From Auanema rhodensis (lineage: Eukaryota; Animalia; Nematoda): a DNA stretch of 64,000 nucleotides. Made by a program: the position numbers and the translations under genes. Position 1 is the first letter of the stretch. Each line of letters starts with the position of its first letter. Positions 1-14,949 of the stretch are shown piece after piece. The notes beneath the pieces were generated by a model. It was given only the letters and a program-made list of their open reading frames with translations, had not been told where the DNA came from and ran no database searches. The DNA is taken from NCBI GenBank assembly GCA_964057225.1, contig OZ059899.1, positions 20,460,001 to 20,524,000 of the forward strand. Direction: 5' to 3'.

Positions 1-363
1 ATCATCTTACAACAAATTCAATTGAATCTAACATGAAATATTTTTTCGTTTTGAAAAGCATTGAATATCATTGTTCCTTGTAATATTGGATTTGATTATT
101 GCTTTGTTAGCTTTATGATTTTTGCTACTACATGTCATGTGTTTACTGCTCTAGCTGGTTTTCAATTTTTATGAGATTTTTCATCATCTTACAACAAATT
201 CAATTGAATCTAACATGAGTTATTTTTTCGTTTTGAAAAGCATTGAATATCATTGTTCCTTGTAATATTGGATTTGAATATTGCTTCGATAGTTTTATGA
301 TTTTTGCTACTACATGTCATGTGTTTACTGCTCTAGCTGGTTTTCAATTTTTATGAGATTTTT

Positions 364-3276
364 CATCATCTTACAACAAATTCAATTGAATCTAACATGA
401 GTTATTTTTTCGTTTTGAAAAGCATTGAATATCATTGTTCCTTATAATATTGGATTTGAATATTGCTTTGTTAGCTTCATGATTTTTGCTACTGTATAGC
501 TTCAGTTTGCTGCTCTAGCTGGTTTTCAATTTTTATGAGATTTTGCATCATCTTACAACAAATTCAATTAAATCTAACATGAAATGTTTTTTCGTTTTGA
601 AAAGCATTGAATATCATTGTTCCTTATAATATTGGATTTGAATATTGCTTCGATAGTTTTATGATTTTTGCTACTACATGTCATGTGTTTACTGCTCTAG
701 CTGGTTTTCAATTTTTATGAGATATTTCATCATCTTACAACAAATTCAATTGAATCTAACATGAAATATTTTTTCGTTTTGAAAAGCATTGAATATCATT
801 GTTCCTTATAATATTGGATTTGAATATTGCTTTGTTAGCTTCATGATTTTTGCTACTGTATAGCTTCAGTTTGCTGCTCTAGCTGGTTTTCAATTTTTAT
901 GAGATTTTGCATCATCTTACAACAAATTCAATTAAATCTAACATGAAATGTTTTTTCGTTTTGAAAAGCATTGAATATCATTGTTCCTTATAATATTGGA
1001 TTTGAATATTGCTTCGATAGTTTTATGATTTTTGCTACTACATGTCATGTGTTTACTGCTCTAGCTGGTTTTCAATTTTTATGAGATATTTCATCATCTT
1101 ACAACAAATTCAATTGAATCTAACATGAAATATTTTTTCGTTTTGAAAAGCATTGAATATCATTGTTCCTTGTAATATTGGATTTGATTATTGCTTTGTT
1201 AGCTTTATGATTTTTGCTACTACATGTCATGTGTTTACTGCTCTAGCTGGTTTTCAATTTTTATGAGATTTTTCATCATCTTACAACAAATTCAATTGAA
1301 TCTAACATGAGTTATTTTTTCGTTTTGAAAAGCATTGAATATCATTGTTCCTTGTAATATTGGATTTGAATATTGCTTCGATAGTTTTATGATTTTTGCT
1401 ACTACATGTCATGTGTTTACTGCTCTAGCTGGTTTTCAATTTTTATGAGATTTTTCATCATCTTACAACAAATTCAATTGAATCTAACATGAGTTATTTT
1501 TTCGTTTTGAAAAGCATTGAATATCATTGTTCCTTGTAATATTGGATTTGAATATTGCTTCGATAGTTTTATGATTTTTGCTACTACATGTCATGTGTTT
1601 ACTGCTCTAGCTGGTTTTCAATTTTTATGAGATTTTTCATCATCTTACAACAAATTCAATTAAATCTAACATGAAATGTTTTTTCGTTTTGAAAAGCATT
1701 GAATATCATTGTTCCTTATAATATTGGATTTGAATATTGCTTCGATAGTTTTATGATTTTTGCTACTACATGTCATGTGTTTACTGCTCTAGCTGGTTTT
1801 CAATTTTTATGGGATATTTCATCATCTTACAACAAATTCAATTGAATCTAACATGAAATATTTTTTCGTTTTGAAAAGCATTGAATATCATTGTTCCTTA
1901 TAATATTGGATTTGAATATTGCTTTGTTAGCTTCATGATTTTTGCTACTGTATAGCTTCAGTTTGCTGCTCTAGCTGGTTTTCAATTTTTATGAGATTTT
2001 GCATCATCTTACAACAAATTCAATTAAATCTAACATGAAATGTTTTTTCGTTTTGAAAAGCATTGAATATCATTGTTCCTTATAATATTGGATTTGAATA
2101 TTGCTTCGATAGTTTTATGATTTTTGCTACTACATGTCATGTGTTTACTGCTCTAGCTGGTTTTCAATTTTTATGAGATATTTCATCATCTTACAACAAA
2201 TTCAATTGAATCTAACATGAAATATTTTTTCGTTTTGAAAAGCATTGAATATCATTGTTCCTTATAATATTGGATTTGAATATTGCTTTGTTAGCTTCAT
2301 GATTTTTGCTACTGTATAGCTTCAGTTTGCTGCTCTAGCTGGTTTTCAATTTTTATGAGATTTTGCATCATCTTACAACAAATTCAATTAAATCTAACAT
2401 GAAATGTTTTTTCGTTTTGAAAAGCATTGAATATCATTGTTCCTTATAATATTGGATTTGAATATTGCTTCGATAGTTTTATGATTTTTGCTACTACATG
2501 TCATGTGTTTACTGCTCTAGCTGGTTTTCAATTTTTATGAGATATTTCATCATCTTACAACAAATTCAATTGAATCTAACATGAAATATTTTTTCGTTTT
2601 GAAAAGCATTGAATATCATTGTTCCTTGTAATATTGGATTTGATTATTGCTTTGTTAGCTTTATGATTTTTGCTACTACATGTCATGTGTTTACTGCTCT
2701 AGCTGGTTTTCAATTTTTATGAGATTTTTCATCATCTTACAACAAATTCAATTGAATCTAACATGAGTTATTTTTTCGTTTTGAAAAGCATTGAATATCA
2801 TTGTTCCTTGTAATATTGGATTTGAATATTGCTTCGATAGTTTTATGATTTTTGCTACTACATGTCATGTGTTTACTGCTCTAGCTGGTTTTCAATTTTT
2901 ATGAGATTTTTCATCATCTTACAACAAATTCAATTGAATCTAACATGAGTTATTTTTTCGTTTTGAAAAGCATTGAATATCATTGTTCCTTGTAATATTG
3001 GATTTGAATATTGCTTCGATAGTTTTATGATTTTTGCTACTACATGTCATGTGTTTACTGCTCTAGCTGGTTTTCAATTTTTATGAGATTTTTCATCATC
3101 TTACAACAAATTCAATTAAATCTAACATGAAATGTTTTTTCGTTTTGAAAAGCATTGAATATCATTGTTCCTTATAATATTGGATTTGAATATTGCTTCG
3201 ATAGTTTTATGATTTTTGCTACTACATGTCATGTGTTTACTGCTCTAGCTGGTTTTCAATTTTTATGAGATTTTTC
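364..3276 (+). repeat. 8-monomer (1456-bp) tandem duplication in the 182-bp array, containing a nested 364-bp dimer
   Basis: AGCTTCATG variant at about 476/840 and again at 1932/2296; GATTATT variant at about 1186 and 2642; CAATTAAATC at about 1658 and 3114. All offsets are 1456. End points are approximate. Confidence 0.85.
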
Positions 3277-6200
3277 ATCATCTTACAACAAATTCAATTG
3301 AATCTAACATGAGTTATTTTTTCGTTTTGAAAAGCATTGAATATCATTGTTCCTTGTAATATTGGATTTGAATATTGCTTTGTTAGCTTTATGATTTTTG
3401 CTACTGTATAGCTTCAGTTTGCTGCTCTAGCTGGTTTTCAATTTTTATGAGATTTTTCATCATCTTACAACAAATTCATTTGAATCTCATGTGAATTATT
3501 TTTTTTTTTAAAAAAGCATTGAATTTCATTGTTTCTTGTAATGATGGATTTGAATATTGCTTTGTTAGCTTTATGATTTTTGCTACTGTATAGCTTCAGT
3601 TTGCTGCTCTAGCTGGTTTTCAATTTTTATGAGATTTTTCATCATCTTACAACAAATTCTATTGAATCTAACATGAAATATTTTTTCGTTTTGAAAAGCA
3701 TTGAATATCATTGTTCCTTATAATATTGGATTTGAATATTGCTTCGTTAGTTTTATGATTTTTGCTACTGTATAGCTTCAGTTTGCTGCTCTAGCTGGTT
3801 TTCAATTTTTATGAGATTTTTCATCATCTTACAACAAATTCATTTGAATCTAACATGAAATATTTTTTCGTTTTGAAAAGCATTGAATATCATTGTTCCT
3901 TGTAATATTGGATTTGAATATTGCTTCGTTAGTTTTATGATTTTTGCTACTGTATAGCTTCAGTTTGCTGCTCTAGCTGGTTTTCAATTTTTATGAGATT
4001 TTTCATCATCTTACAACAAATTCTATTGAATCTAACATGAAATATTTTTTCGTTTTGAAAAGCATTGAATATCATTGTTCCTTATAATATTGGATTTGAA
4101 TATTGCTTCGTTAGTTTTATGATTTTTGCTACTGTATAGCTTCAGTTTGCTGCTCTAGCTGGTTTTCAATTTTTATGAGATTTTTCATCATCTTACAACA
4201 AATTCATTTGAATCTCATGTGAATTATTTTTTTTTTTAAAAAAGCATTGAATTTCATTGTTTCTTGTAATGATGGATTTGAATATTGCTTTGTTAGCTTT
4301 ATGATTTTTGCTACTGTATAGCTTCAGTTTGCTGCTCTAGCTGGTTTTCAATTTTTATGAGATTTTTCATCATCTTACAACAAATTCATTTGAATCTAAC
4401 ATGAACTATTTTTTCGTTTCAAATAGTAGTGAATATCATTGTTTCTTGTAATATTGGATTTGAATATTGCTTTGTTTGCTTTAAGATTTTTGCTACTACA
4501 TGCCCTGTGTTTACTGCTCTAGCTAGTTTTCAATTTTTATGAGATTTTTCATCATCTTACAACAAATTCAATTGAATCTAACATGAAATATTTTTTCGTT
4601 TTGAAAAGCATTGAATATCATTGTTCCTTATAATATTGGATTTGAATATTGCTTCGTTAGTTTTATGATTTTTGCTACTGTATAGCTTCAGTTTGCTGCT
4701 CTAGCTGGTTTTCAATTTTTATGAGATTTTTCATCATCTTACAACAAATTCATTTGAATCTAACATGAAATATTTTTTCGTTTTGAAAAGCATTGAATAT
4801 CATTGTTCCTTATAATATTGGATTTGAATATTGCTTCGTTAGTTTTATGATTTTTGCTACTGTATAGCTTCAGTTTGCTGCTCTAGCTGGTTTTCAATTT
4901 TTATGAGATTTTTCATCATCTTACAACAAATTCATTTGAATCTAACATGAAATATTTTTTCGTTTTGAAAAGCATTGAATATCATTGTTCCTTGTAATAT
5001 TGGATTTGAATATTGCTTTGTTAGCTTTATGATTTTTGCTACTGTATAGCTTCAGTTTGCTGCTCTAGCTGGTTTTCAATTTTTATGAGATTTTTCATCA
5101 TCTTACAACAAATTCATTTGAATCTAACATGAACTATTTTTTCGTTTCAAATAGTAGTGAATATCATTGTTTCTTGTAATATTGGATTTGAATATTGCTT
5201 TGTTTGCTTTAAGATTTTTGCTACTACATGCCCTGTGTTTACTGCTCTAGCTAGTTTTCAATTTTTATGAGATTTTTCATCATCTTACAACAAATTCATT
5301 TGAATCTCATGTGAATTATTTTTTTTTTTAAAAAAGCATTGAATTTCATTGTTTCTTGTAATGATGGATTTGAATATTGCTTTGTTAGCTTTATGATTTT
5401 TGCTACTGTTTAGCTTCAGTTTGCTGCTCTAGCTGGTTTTCAATTTTTATGAGATTTTTCATCATCTTACAACAAATTCAATTGAATCTAACATGAATTA
5501 TTTTTTCGTTTTGAAAAGCATTGAATATCATTGTTCCTTGTAATATTGGATTTGAATATTGCTTTGTTAGCTTTAAGATGTTTGCTTATGCATAGCTTCA
5601 GTTTGCTGCTCTAGCTGGTTTTCACTTTTTATGAGATTTTTCATCATCTTACAACAAATTCAATTGAATCTAACATGAAATATTTTTTCGTTTTGAAAAG
5701 CATTGAATATCATTGTTCCTTATAATATTGGATTTGAATATTGCTTCGTTAGTTTTATGATTTTTGCTTCTGCATAGCTTCAGTTTGCTGCTTTAGCTGG
5801 TTTTCAATTTTTATGAGATTTTTCATCATCTTACAACAAATTCAATTGAATCTAACATGAAATATTTTTTCGTTTTGAAAAGCATTGAATATCATTGTTC
5901 CTTGTAATATTGGATTTGAATATTGCTTTGTTAGCTTTAAGATGTTTGCTTATGCATAGCTTCAGTTTGCTGCTCTAGCTGGTTTTCAATTTTTATGAGA
6001 TTTTTCATCATCTTACAACAAATTCAATTGAATCTAACATGAATTATTTTTTCGTTTTGAAAAGCATTGAATATCATTGTTCCTTGTAATATTGGATTTG
6101 ATTATTGCTTTGTTAGCTTTAAGATGTTTGCTACTGTATAGCTGCAGTTTGCTGCTCTAGCTGGTTTTCAATTTTTATGAGATTTTTCATCATCTTACAA

Positions 6201-7859
6201 CAAATTCAATTGAATCTAACATGAAATATTTTTTCGTTTTGAAAAGCATTGAATATCATTGTTCCTTGTAATATTGGATTTGAATATTGCTTTGTTAGCT
6301 TTAAGATGTTTGCTTATGCATAGCTTCAGTTTGCTGCTCTAGCTGGTTTTCAATTTTTATGAGATTTTTCATCATCTTACAACAAATTCAATTGAATCTA
6401 ACATGAAATATTTTTTCGTTTTGAAAAGCATTGAATATCATTGTTCCTTGTAATATTGGATTTGAATATTGCTTTGTTAGCTTTATGATTTTTGCTACTG
6501 TATAGCTTCAGTTTGCTGCTCTAGCTGGTTTTCAATTTTTATGAGATTTTTCATCATCTTACAACAAATTCATTTGAATCTAACATGAACTATTTTTTCG
6601 TTTTAAAAAGCATTGAATTTCTATGTTTCTTGTAATATTGGATTTGAATATTGCTTTGTTTGCTTTAAGATTTTTGCTACTACATGCCCTGTGTTTACTG
6701 CTCTAGCTAGTTTTCAATTTTTATGAGATTTTTCATCATCTTACAACAAATTCAATTGAATCTAACATGAAATATTTTTTCGTTTTGAAAAGCATTGAAT
6801 ATCATTGTTCCTTGTAATATTGGATTTGAATATTGCTTTGTTAGCTTTAAGATGTTTGCTTATGCATAGCTTCAGTTTGCTGCTCTAGCTGGTTTTCAAT
6901 TTTTATGAGATTTTTCATCATCTTACAACAAATTCAATTGAATCTAACATGAAATATTTTTTCGTTTTGAAAAGCATTGAATATCATTGTTCCTTGTAAT
7001 ATTGGATTTGAATATTGCTTTGTTAGCTTTATGATTTTTGCTACTGTATAGCTTCAGTTTGCTGCTCTAGCTGGTTTTCAATTTTTATGAGATTTTTCAT
7101 CATCTTACAACAAATTCATTTGAATCTCATGTGAATTATTTTTTTTTTTAAAAAAGCATTGAATTTCATTGTTTCTTGTAATGATGGATTTGAATATTGC
7201 TTTGTTAGCTTTATGATTTTTGCTACTACATGTCATGTGTTTACTGCTCTAGCTGGTTTTCAATTTTTATGAGATTTTTCATCATCTCACAACAAATTCA
7301 ATTGAATCTAACATGAATTATTTTTTCGTTTTGAAAAGCATTGAATATCATTGTTCCTTGTAATATTGGATTTGATTATTGCTTTGTTAGCTTTAAGATG
7401 TTTGCTACTGTATAGCTGCAGTTTGCTGCTCTAGCTGGTTTTCAATTTTTATGAGATTTTTCATCATCTTACAACAAATTCAATTGAATCTAACATGAAA
7501 TATTTTTTCGTTTTGAAAAGCATTGAATATCATTGTTCCTTGTAATATTGGATTTGAATATTGCTTTGTTAGCTTTAAGATGTTTGCTTATGCATAGCTT
7601 CAGTTTGCTGCTCTAGCTGGTTTTCAATTTTTATGAGATTTTTCATCATCTTACAACAAATTCAATTGAATCTAACATGAAATATTTTTTCGTTTTGAAA
7701 AGCATTGAATATCATTGTTCCTTGTAATATTGGATTTGAATATTGCTTTGTTAGCTTTATGATTTTTGCTACTGTATAGCTTCAGTTTGCTGCTCTAGCT
7801 GGTTTTCAATTTTTATGAGATTTTTCATCATCTTACAACAAATTCATTTGAATCTAACA

Positions 7860-10800
7860 TGAACTATTTTTTCGTTTTAAAAAGCATTGAATTTCTATGT
7901 TTCTTGTAATATTGGATTTGAATATTGCTTTGTTTGCTTTAAGATTTTTGCTACTACATGCCCTGTGTTTACTGCTCTAGCTAGTTTTCAATTTTTATGA
8001 GATTTTTCATCATCTTACAACAAATTCATTTGAATCTCATGTGAATTATTTTTTTTTTTAAAAAAGCATTGAATTTCATTGTTTCTTGTAATGATGGATT
8101 TGAATATTGCTTTGTTAGCTTTATGATTTTTGCTACTGTATAGCTTCAGTTTGCTGCTCTAGCTGGTTTTCAATTTTTATGAGATTTTTCATCATCTTAC
8201 AACAAATTCTATTGAATCTAACATGAAATATTTTTTCGTTTTGAAAAGCATTGAATATCATTGTTCCTTATAATATTGGATTTGAATATTGCTTTGTTAG
8301 TTTTATGATTTTTGCTACTACATGTCATGTGTTTACTGCTCTAGCTGGTTTTCAATTTTTATGAGATTTTTCATCATCTTACAACAAATTCAATTGAATC
8401 TAACATGAATTATTTTTTCGTTTTGAAAAGCATTGAATATCATTGTTCCTTGTAATATTGGATTTGATTATTGCTTTGTTAGCTTTAAGATGTTTGCTAC
8501 TGTATAGCTGCAGTTTGCTGCTCTAGCTGGTTTTCAATTTTTATGAGATTTTTCATCATCTTACAACAAATTCAATTGAATCTAACATGAATTATTTTTT
8601 CGTTTTGAAAAGCATTGAATATCATTGTTCCTTGTAATATTGGATTTGAATATTGCTTTGTTAGCTTTAAGATGTTTGCTTATGCATAGCTTCAGTTTGC
8701 TGCTCTAGCTGGTTTTCACTTTTTATGAGATTTTTCATCATCTTACAACAAATTCAATTGAATCTAACATGAAATATTTTTTCGTTTTGAAAAGCATTGA
8801 ATATCATTGTTCCTTATAATATTGGATTTGAATATTGCTTCGTTAGTTTTATGATTTTTGCTTCTGCATAGCTTCAGTTTGCTGCTTTAGCTGGTTTTCA
8901 ATTTTTATGAGATTTTTCATCATCTTACAACAAATTCAATTGAATCTAACATGAAATATTTTTTCGTTTTGAAAAGCATTGAATATCATTGTTCCTTGTA
9001 ATATTGGATTTGAATATTGCTTTGTTAGCTTTAAGATGTTTGCTTATGCATAGCTTCAGTTTGCTGCTCTAGCTGGTTTTCAATTTTTATGAGATTTTTC
9101 ATCATCTTACAACAAATTCATTTGAATCTCATGTGAATTATTTTTTTTTTTAAAAAAGCATTGAATTTCATTGTTTCTTGTAATGATGGATTTGAATATT
9201 GCTTTGTTAGCTTTATGATTTTTGCTACTACATGTCATGTGTTTACTGCTCTAGCTGGTTTTCAATTTTTATGAGATTTTTCATCATCTTACAACAAATT
9301 CAATTGAATCTAACATGAATTATTTTTTCGTTTTGAAAAGCATTGAATATCATTGTTCCTTGTAATATTGGATTTGATTATTGCTTTGTTAGCTTTAAGA
9401 TGTTTGCTACTGTATAGCTGCAGTTTGCTGCTCTAGCTGGTTTTCAATTTTTATGAGATTTTTCATCATCTTACAACAAATTCAATTGAATCTAACATGA
9501 ATTATTTTTTCGTTTTGAAAAGCATTGAATATCATTGTTCCTTGTAATATTGGATTTGAATATTGCTTTGTTAGCTTTAAGATGTTTGCTTATGCATAGC
9601 TTCAGTTTGCTGCTCTAGCTGGTTTTCACTTTTTATGAGATTTTTCATCATCTTACAACAAATTCAATTGAATCTAACATGAAATATTTTTTCGTTTTGA
9701 AAAGCATTGAATATCATTGTTCCTTGTAATATTGGATTTGAATATTGCTTTGTTAGCTTTAAGATGTTTGCTTATGCATAGCTTCAGTTTGCTGCTCTAG
9801 CTGGTTTTCACTTTTTATGAGATTTTTCATCATCTTACAACAAATTCAATTGAATCTAACATGAAATATTTTTTCGTTTTGAAAAGCATTGAATATCATT
9901 GTTCCTTATAATATTGGATTTGAATATTGCTTCGTTAGTTTTATGATTTTTGCTTCTGCATAGCTTCAGTTTGCTGCTTTAGCTGGTTTTCAATTTTTAT
10001 GAGATTTTTCATCATCTTACAACAAATTCAATTGAATCTAACATGAAATATTTTTTCGTTTTGAAAAGCATTGAATATCATTGTTCCTTGTAATATTGGA
10101 TTTGAATATTGCTTTGTTAGCTTTAAGATGTTTGCTTATGCATAGCTTCAGTTTGCTGCTCTAGCTGGTTTTCAATTTTTATGAGATTTTTCATCATCTT
10201 ACAACAAATTCAATTGAATCTAACATGAAATATTTTTTCGTTTTGAAAAGCATTGAATATCATTGTTCCTTGTAATATTGGATTTGAATATTGCTTTGTT
10301 AGCTTTATGATTTTTGCTACTGTATAGCTTCAGTTTGCTGCTCTAGCTGGTTTTCAATTTTTATGAGATTTTTCATCATCTTACAACAAATTCAATTGAA
10401 TCTAACATGAAATATTTTTTCGTTTTGAAAAGCATTGAATATCATTGTTCCTTATAATAATTGATTTGATTATTGCTTTGTTAGCTTTAAGATTTTTGCT
10501 ACTGTATAGCTTCAGTTTGCTGCTTTAGCTGGTTTTCACTTTTTATTAGATTTTTCATAATCTTACAACAAATTCATTTGAATCTAACATGAAATATTTT
10601 TTCGTTTTGAAAAGCATTGAATATCATTGTTCCTTGTAATATTGGATTTGAATATTGCTTTGTTAACTTTATGATTTTTGCTACTGTATAGCTTCAGTTT
10701 GCTGCTCTAGCTGGTTTTCAATTTTTATGAGATTTTTCATCATCTTACAACAAATTCATTTGAATCTAACATGAACTATTTTTTCGTTTTAAAAAGCATT

Positions 10801-13800
10801 GAATTTCTATGTTTCTTGTAATATTGGATTTGAATATTGCTTTGTTTGCTTTAAGATTTTTGCTACTACATGCCCTGTGTTTACTGCTCTAGCTAGTTTT
10901 CAATTTTTATGAGATTTTTCATCATCTTACAACAAATTCATTTGAATCTCATGTGAATTATTTTTTTTTTTAAAAAAGCATTGAATTTCATTGTTTCTTG
11001 TAATGATGGATTTGAATATTGCTTTGTTAGCTTTATGATTTTTGCTACTGTATAGCTTCAGTTTGCTGCTCTAGCTGGTTTTCAATTTTTATGAGATTTT
11101 TCATCATCTTACAACAAATTCTATTGAATCTAACATGAAATATTTTTTCGTTTTGAAAAGCATTGAATATCATTGTTCCTTATAATATTGGATTTGAATA
11201 TTGCTTTGTTAGTTTTATGATTTTTGCTACTACATGTCATGTGTTTACTGCTCTAGCTGGTTTTCAATTTTTATGAGATTTTTCATCATCTTACAACAAA
11301 TTCAATTGAATCTAACATGAATTATTTTTTCGTTTTGAAAAGCATTGAATATCATTGTTCCTTGTAATATTGGATTTGATTATTGCTTTGTTAGCTTTAA
11401 GATCTTTGCTACTGTATAGCTGCAGTTTGCTGCTCTAGCTGGTTTTCAATTTTTATGAGATTTTTCATCATCTTACAACAAATTCAATTGAATCTAACAT
11501 GAATTATTTTTTCGTTTTGAAAAGCATTGAATATCATTGTTCCTTGTAATATTGGATTTGAATATTGCTTTGTTAGCTTTAAGATGTTTGCTTATGCATA
11601 GCTTCAGTTTGCTGCTCTAGCTGGTTTTCACTTTTTATGAGATTTTTCATCATCTTACAACAAATTCAATTGAATCTAACATGAAATATTTTTTCGTTTT
11701 GAAAAGCATTGAATATCATTGTTCCTTATAATATTGGATTTGAATATTGCTTCGTTAGTTTTATGATTTTTGCTTCTGCATAGCTTCAGTTTGCTGCTTT
11801 AGCTGGTTTTCAATTTTTATGAGATTTTTCATCATCTTACAACAAATTCAATTGAATCTAACATGAAATATTTTTTCGTTTTGAAAAGCATTGAATATCA
11901 TTGTTCCTTGTAATATTGGATTTGAATATTGCTTTGTTAGCTTTAAGATGTTTGCTTATGCATAGCTTCAGTTTGCTGCTCTAGCTGGTTTTCAATTTTT
12001 ATGAGATTTTTCATCATCTTACAACAAATTCATTTGAATCTCATGTGAATTATTTTTTTTTTTAAAAAAGCATTGAATTTCATTGTTTCTTGTAATGATG
12101 GATTTGAATATTGCTTTGTTAGCTTTATGATTTTTGCTACTACATGTCATGTGTTTACTGCTCTAGCTGGTTTTCAATTTTTATGAGATTTTTCATCATC
12201 TTACAACAAATTCAATTGAATCTAACATGAATTATTTTTTCGTTTTGAAAAGCATTGAATATCATTGTTCCTTGTAATATTGGATTTGATTATTGCTTTG
12301 TTAGCTTTAAGATGTTTGCTACTGTATAGCTGCAGTTTGCTGCTCTAGCTGGTTTTCAATTTTTATGAGATTTTTCATCATCTTACAACAAATTCAATTG
12401 AATCTAACATGAATTATTTTTTCGTTTTGAAAAGCATTGAATATCATTGTTCCTTGTAATATTGGATTTGAATATTGCTTTGTTAGCTTTAAGATGTTTG
12501 CTTATGCATAGCTTCAGTTTGCTGCTCTAGCTGGTTTTCACTTTTTATGAGATTTTTCATCATCTTACAACAAATTCAATTGAATCTAACATGAAATATT
12601 TTTTCGTTTTGAAAAGCATTGAATATCATTGTTCCTTGTAATATTGGATTTGAATATTGCTTTGTTAGCTTTAAGATGTTTGCTTATGCATAGCTTCAGT
12701 TTGCTGCTCTAGCTGGTTTTCACTTTTTATGAGATTTTTCATCATCTTACAACAAATTCAATTGAATCTAACATGAAATATTTTTTCGTTTTGAAAAGCA
12801 TTGAATATCATTGTTCCTTATAATATTGGATTTGAATATTGCTTCGTTAGTTTTATGATTTTTGCTTCTGCATAGCTTCAGTTTGCTGCTTTAGCTGGTT
12901 TTCAATTTTTATGAGATTTTTCATCATCTTACAACAAATTCAATTGAATCTAACATGAAATATTTTTTCGTTTTGAAAAGCATTGAATATCATTGTTCCT
13001 TGTAATATTGGATTTGAATATTGCTTTGTTAGCTTTAAGATGTTTGCTTATGCATAGCTTCAGTTTGCTGCTCTAGCTGGTTTTCAATTTTTATGAGATT
13101 TTTCATCATCTTACAACAAATTCAATTGAATCTAACATGAAATATTTTTTCGTTTTGAAAAGCATTGAATATCATTGTTCCTTGTAATATTGGATTTGAA
13201 TATTGCTTTGTTAGCTTTATGATTTTTGCTACTGTATAGCTTCAGTTTGCTGCTCTAGCTGGTTTTCAATTTTTATGAGATTTTTCATCATCTTACAACA
13301 AATTCAATTGAATCTAACATGAAATATTTTTTCGTTTTGAAAAGCATTGAATATCATTGTTCCTTGTAATATTGGATTTGAATATTGCTTTGTTAGCTTT
13401 ATGATTTTTGCTATTGTATAGCTTCAGTTTGCTGCTCTAGCTGGTTTTCAATTTTTATGAGATTTTTCATCATCTTACAACAAATTCATTTGAATCTAAC
13501 ATGAAATATTTTTTCGTTTTGAAAAGCATTGAATATCATTGTTCCTTGTAATATTGGATTTGAATATTGCTTTGTTAACTTTATGATTTTTGCTACTGTA
13601 TAGCTTCAGTTTGCTGCTCTAGCTGGTTTTCAATTTTTATGAGATTTTTCATCATCTTACAACAAATTCATTTGAATCTAACATGAACTATTTTTTCGTT
13701 TTAAAAAGCATTGAATTTCTATGTTTCTTGTAATATTGGATTTGAATATTGCTTTGTTTGCTTTAAGATTTTTGCTACTACATGCCCTGTGTTTACTGCT

Positions 13801-13900
13801 CTAGCTAGTTTTCAATTTTTATGAGATTTTTCATCATCTTAAAACAAATTCATTTGAATCTCATGTGAATTATTTTTTTTTTTAAAAAAGCATTGAATTT
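7860..13900 (+). repeat. 16-monomer (2912-bp) higher-order repeat, about 2 copies
   Basis: ATTTCTATG at 7891/10803/13715; AATTCTATTG with its C at 8209/11121; ATGTGAATTA at 9131/12043; TGTTAACT at 10661/13573. All offsets are 2912. Confidence 0.88.
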
Positions 13901-14949
13901 CATTGTTTCTTGTAATGATGGATTTGAATATTGCTTTGTTAGCTTTATGATTTTTGCTACTGTATAGCTTCAGTTTGCTGCTCTAGCTGGTTTTCAATTT
14001 TTATGAGATTTTTCATCATCTTACAACAAATTCAATTGAATCTAACATGAATTATTTTTTCGTTTTGAAAAGCATTGAATATCATTGTTCCTTGTAATAT
14101 TGGATTTGAATATTGCTTTGTTAGCTTTAAGATGTTTGCTTATGCATAGCTTCAGTTTGCTGCTCTAGCTGGTTTTCACTTTTTATGAGATTTTTCATCA
14201 TCTTACAACAAATTCAATTGAATCTAACATGAAATATTTTTTCGTTTTGAAAAGCATTGAATATCATTGTTCCTTATAATATTGGATTTGAATATTGCTT
14301 CGTTAGTTTTATGATTTTTGCTTCTGCATAGCTTCAGTTTGCTGCTTTAGCTGGTTTTCAATTTTTATGAGATTTTTCATCATCTTACAACAAATTCAAT
14401 TGAATCTAACATGAAATATTTTTTCGTTTTGAAAAGCATTGAATATCATTGTTCCTTGTAATATTGGATTTGAATATTGCTTTGTTAGCTTTAAGATGTT
14501 TGCTTATGCATAGCTTCAGTTTGCTGCTCTAGCTGGTTTTCAATTTTTATGAGATTTTTCATCATCTTACAACAAATTCAATTGAATCTAACATGAAATA
14601 TTTTTTCGTTTTGAAAAGCATTGAATATCATTGTTCCTTATAATATTGGATTTGAATATTGCTTCGTTAGTTTTATGATTTTTGCTTCTGCATAGCTTCA
14701 GTTTGCTGCTTTAGCTGGTTTTCAATTTTTATGAGATTTTTCATCATCTTACAACAAATTCAATTGAATCTAACATGAAATATTTTTTCGTTTTGAAAAG
14801 CATTGAATATCATTGTTCCTTGTAATATTGGATTTGAATATTGCTTTGTTAGCTTTAAGATGTTTGCTTATGCATAGCTTCAGTTTGCTGCTCTAGCTGG
14901 TTTTCAATTTTTAAGAGATTTTTCATCATCTTACAACAAATTCAATTGA

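Noticed and set aside
44-60. CENP-B box in TTTCGTTTTGAAAAGCA, and TTCGTTGAATAAC on the 351 minus strand
   Set aside because: Only the TTCG half is present; the essential CGGG is missing.
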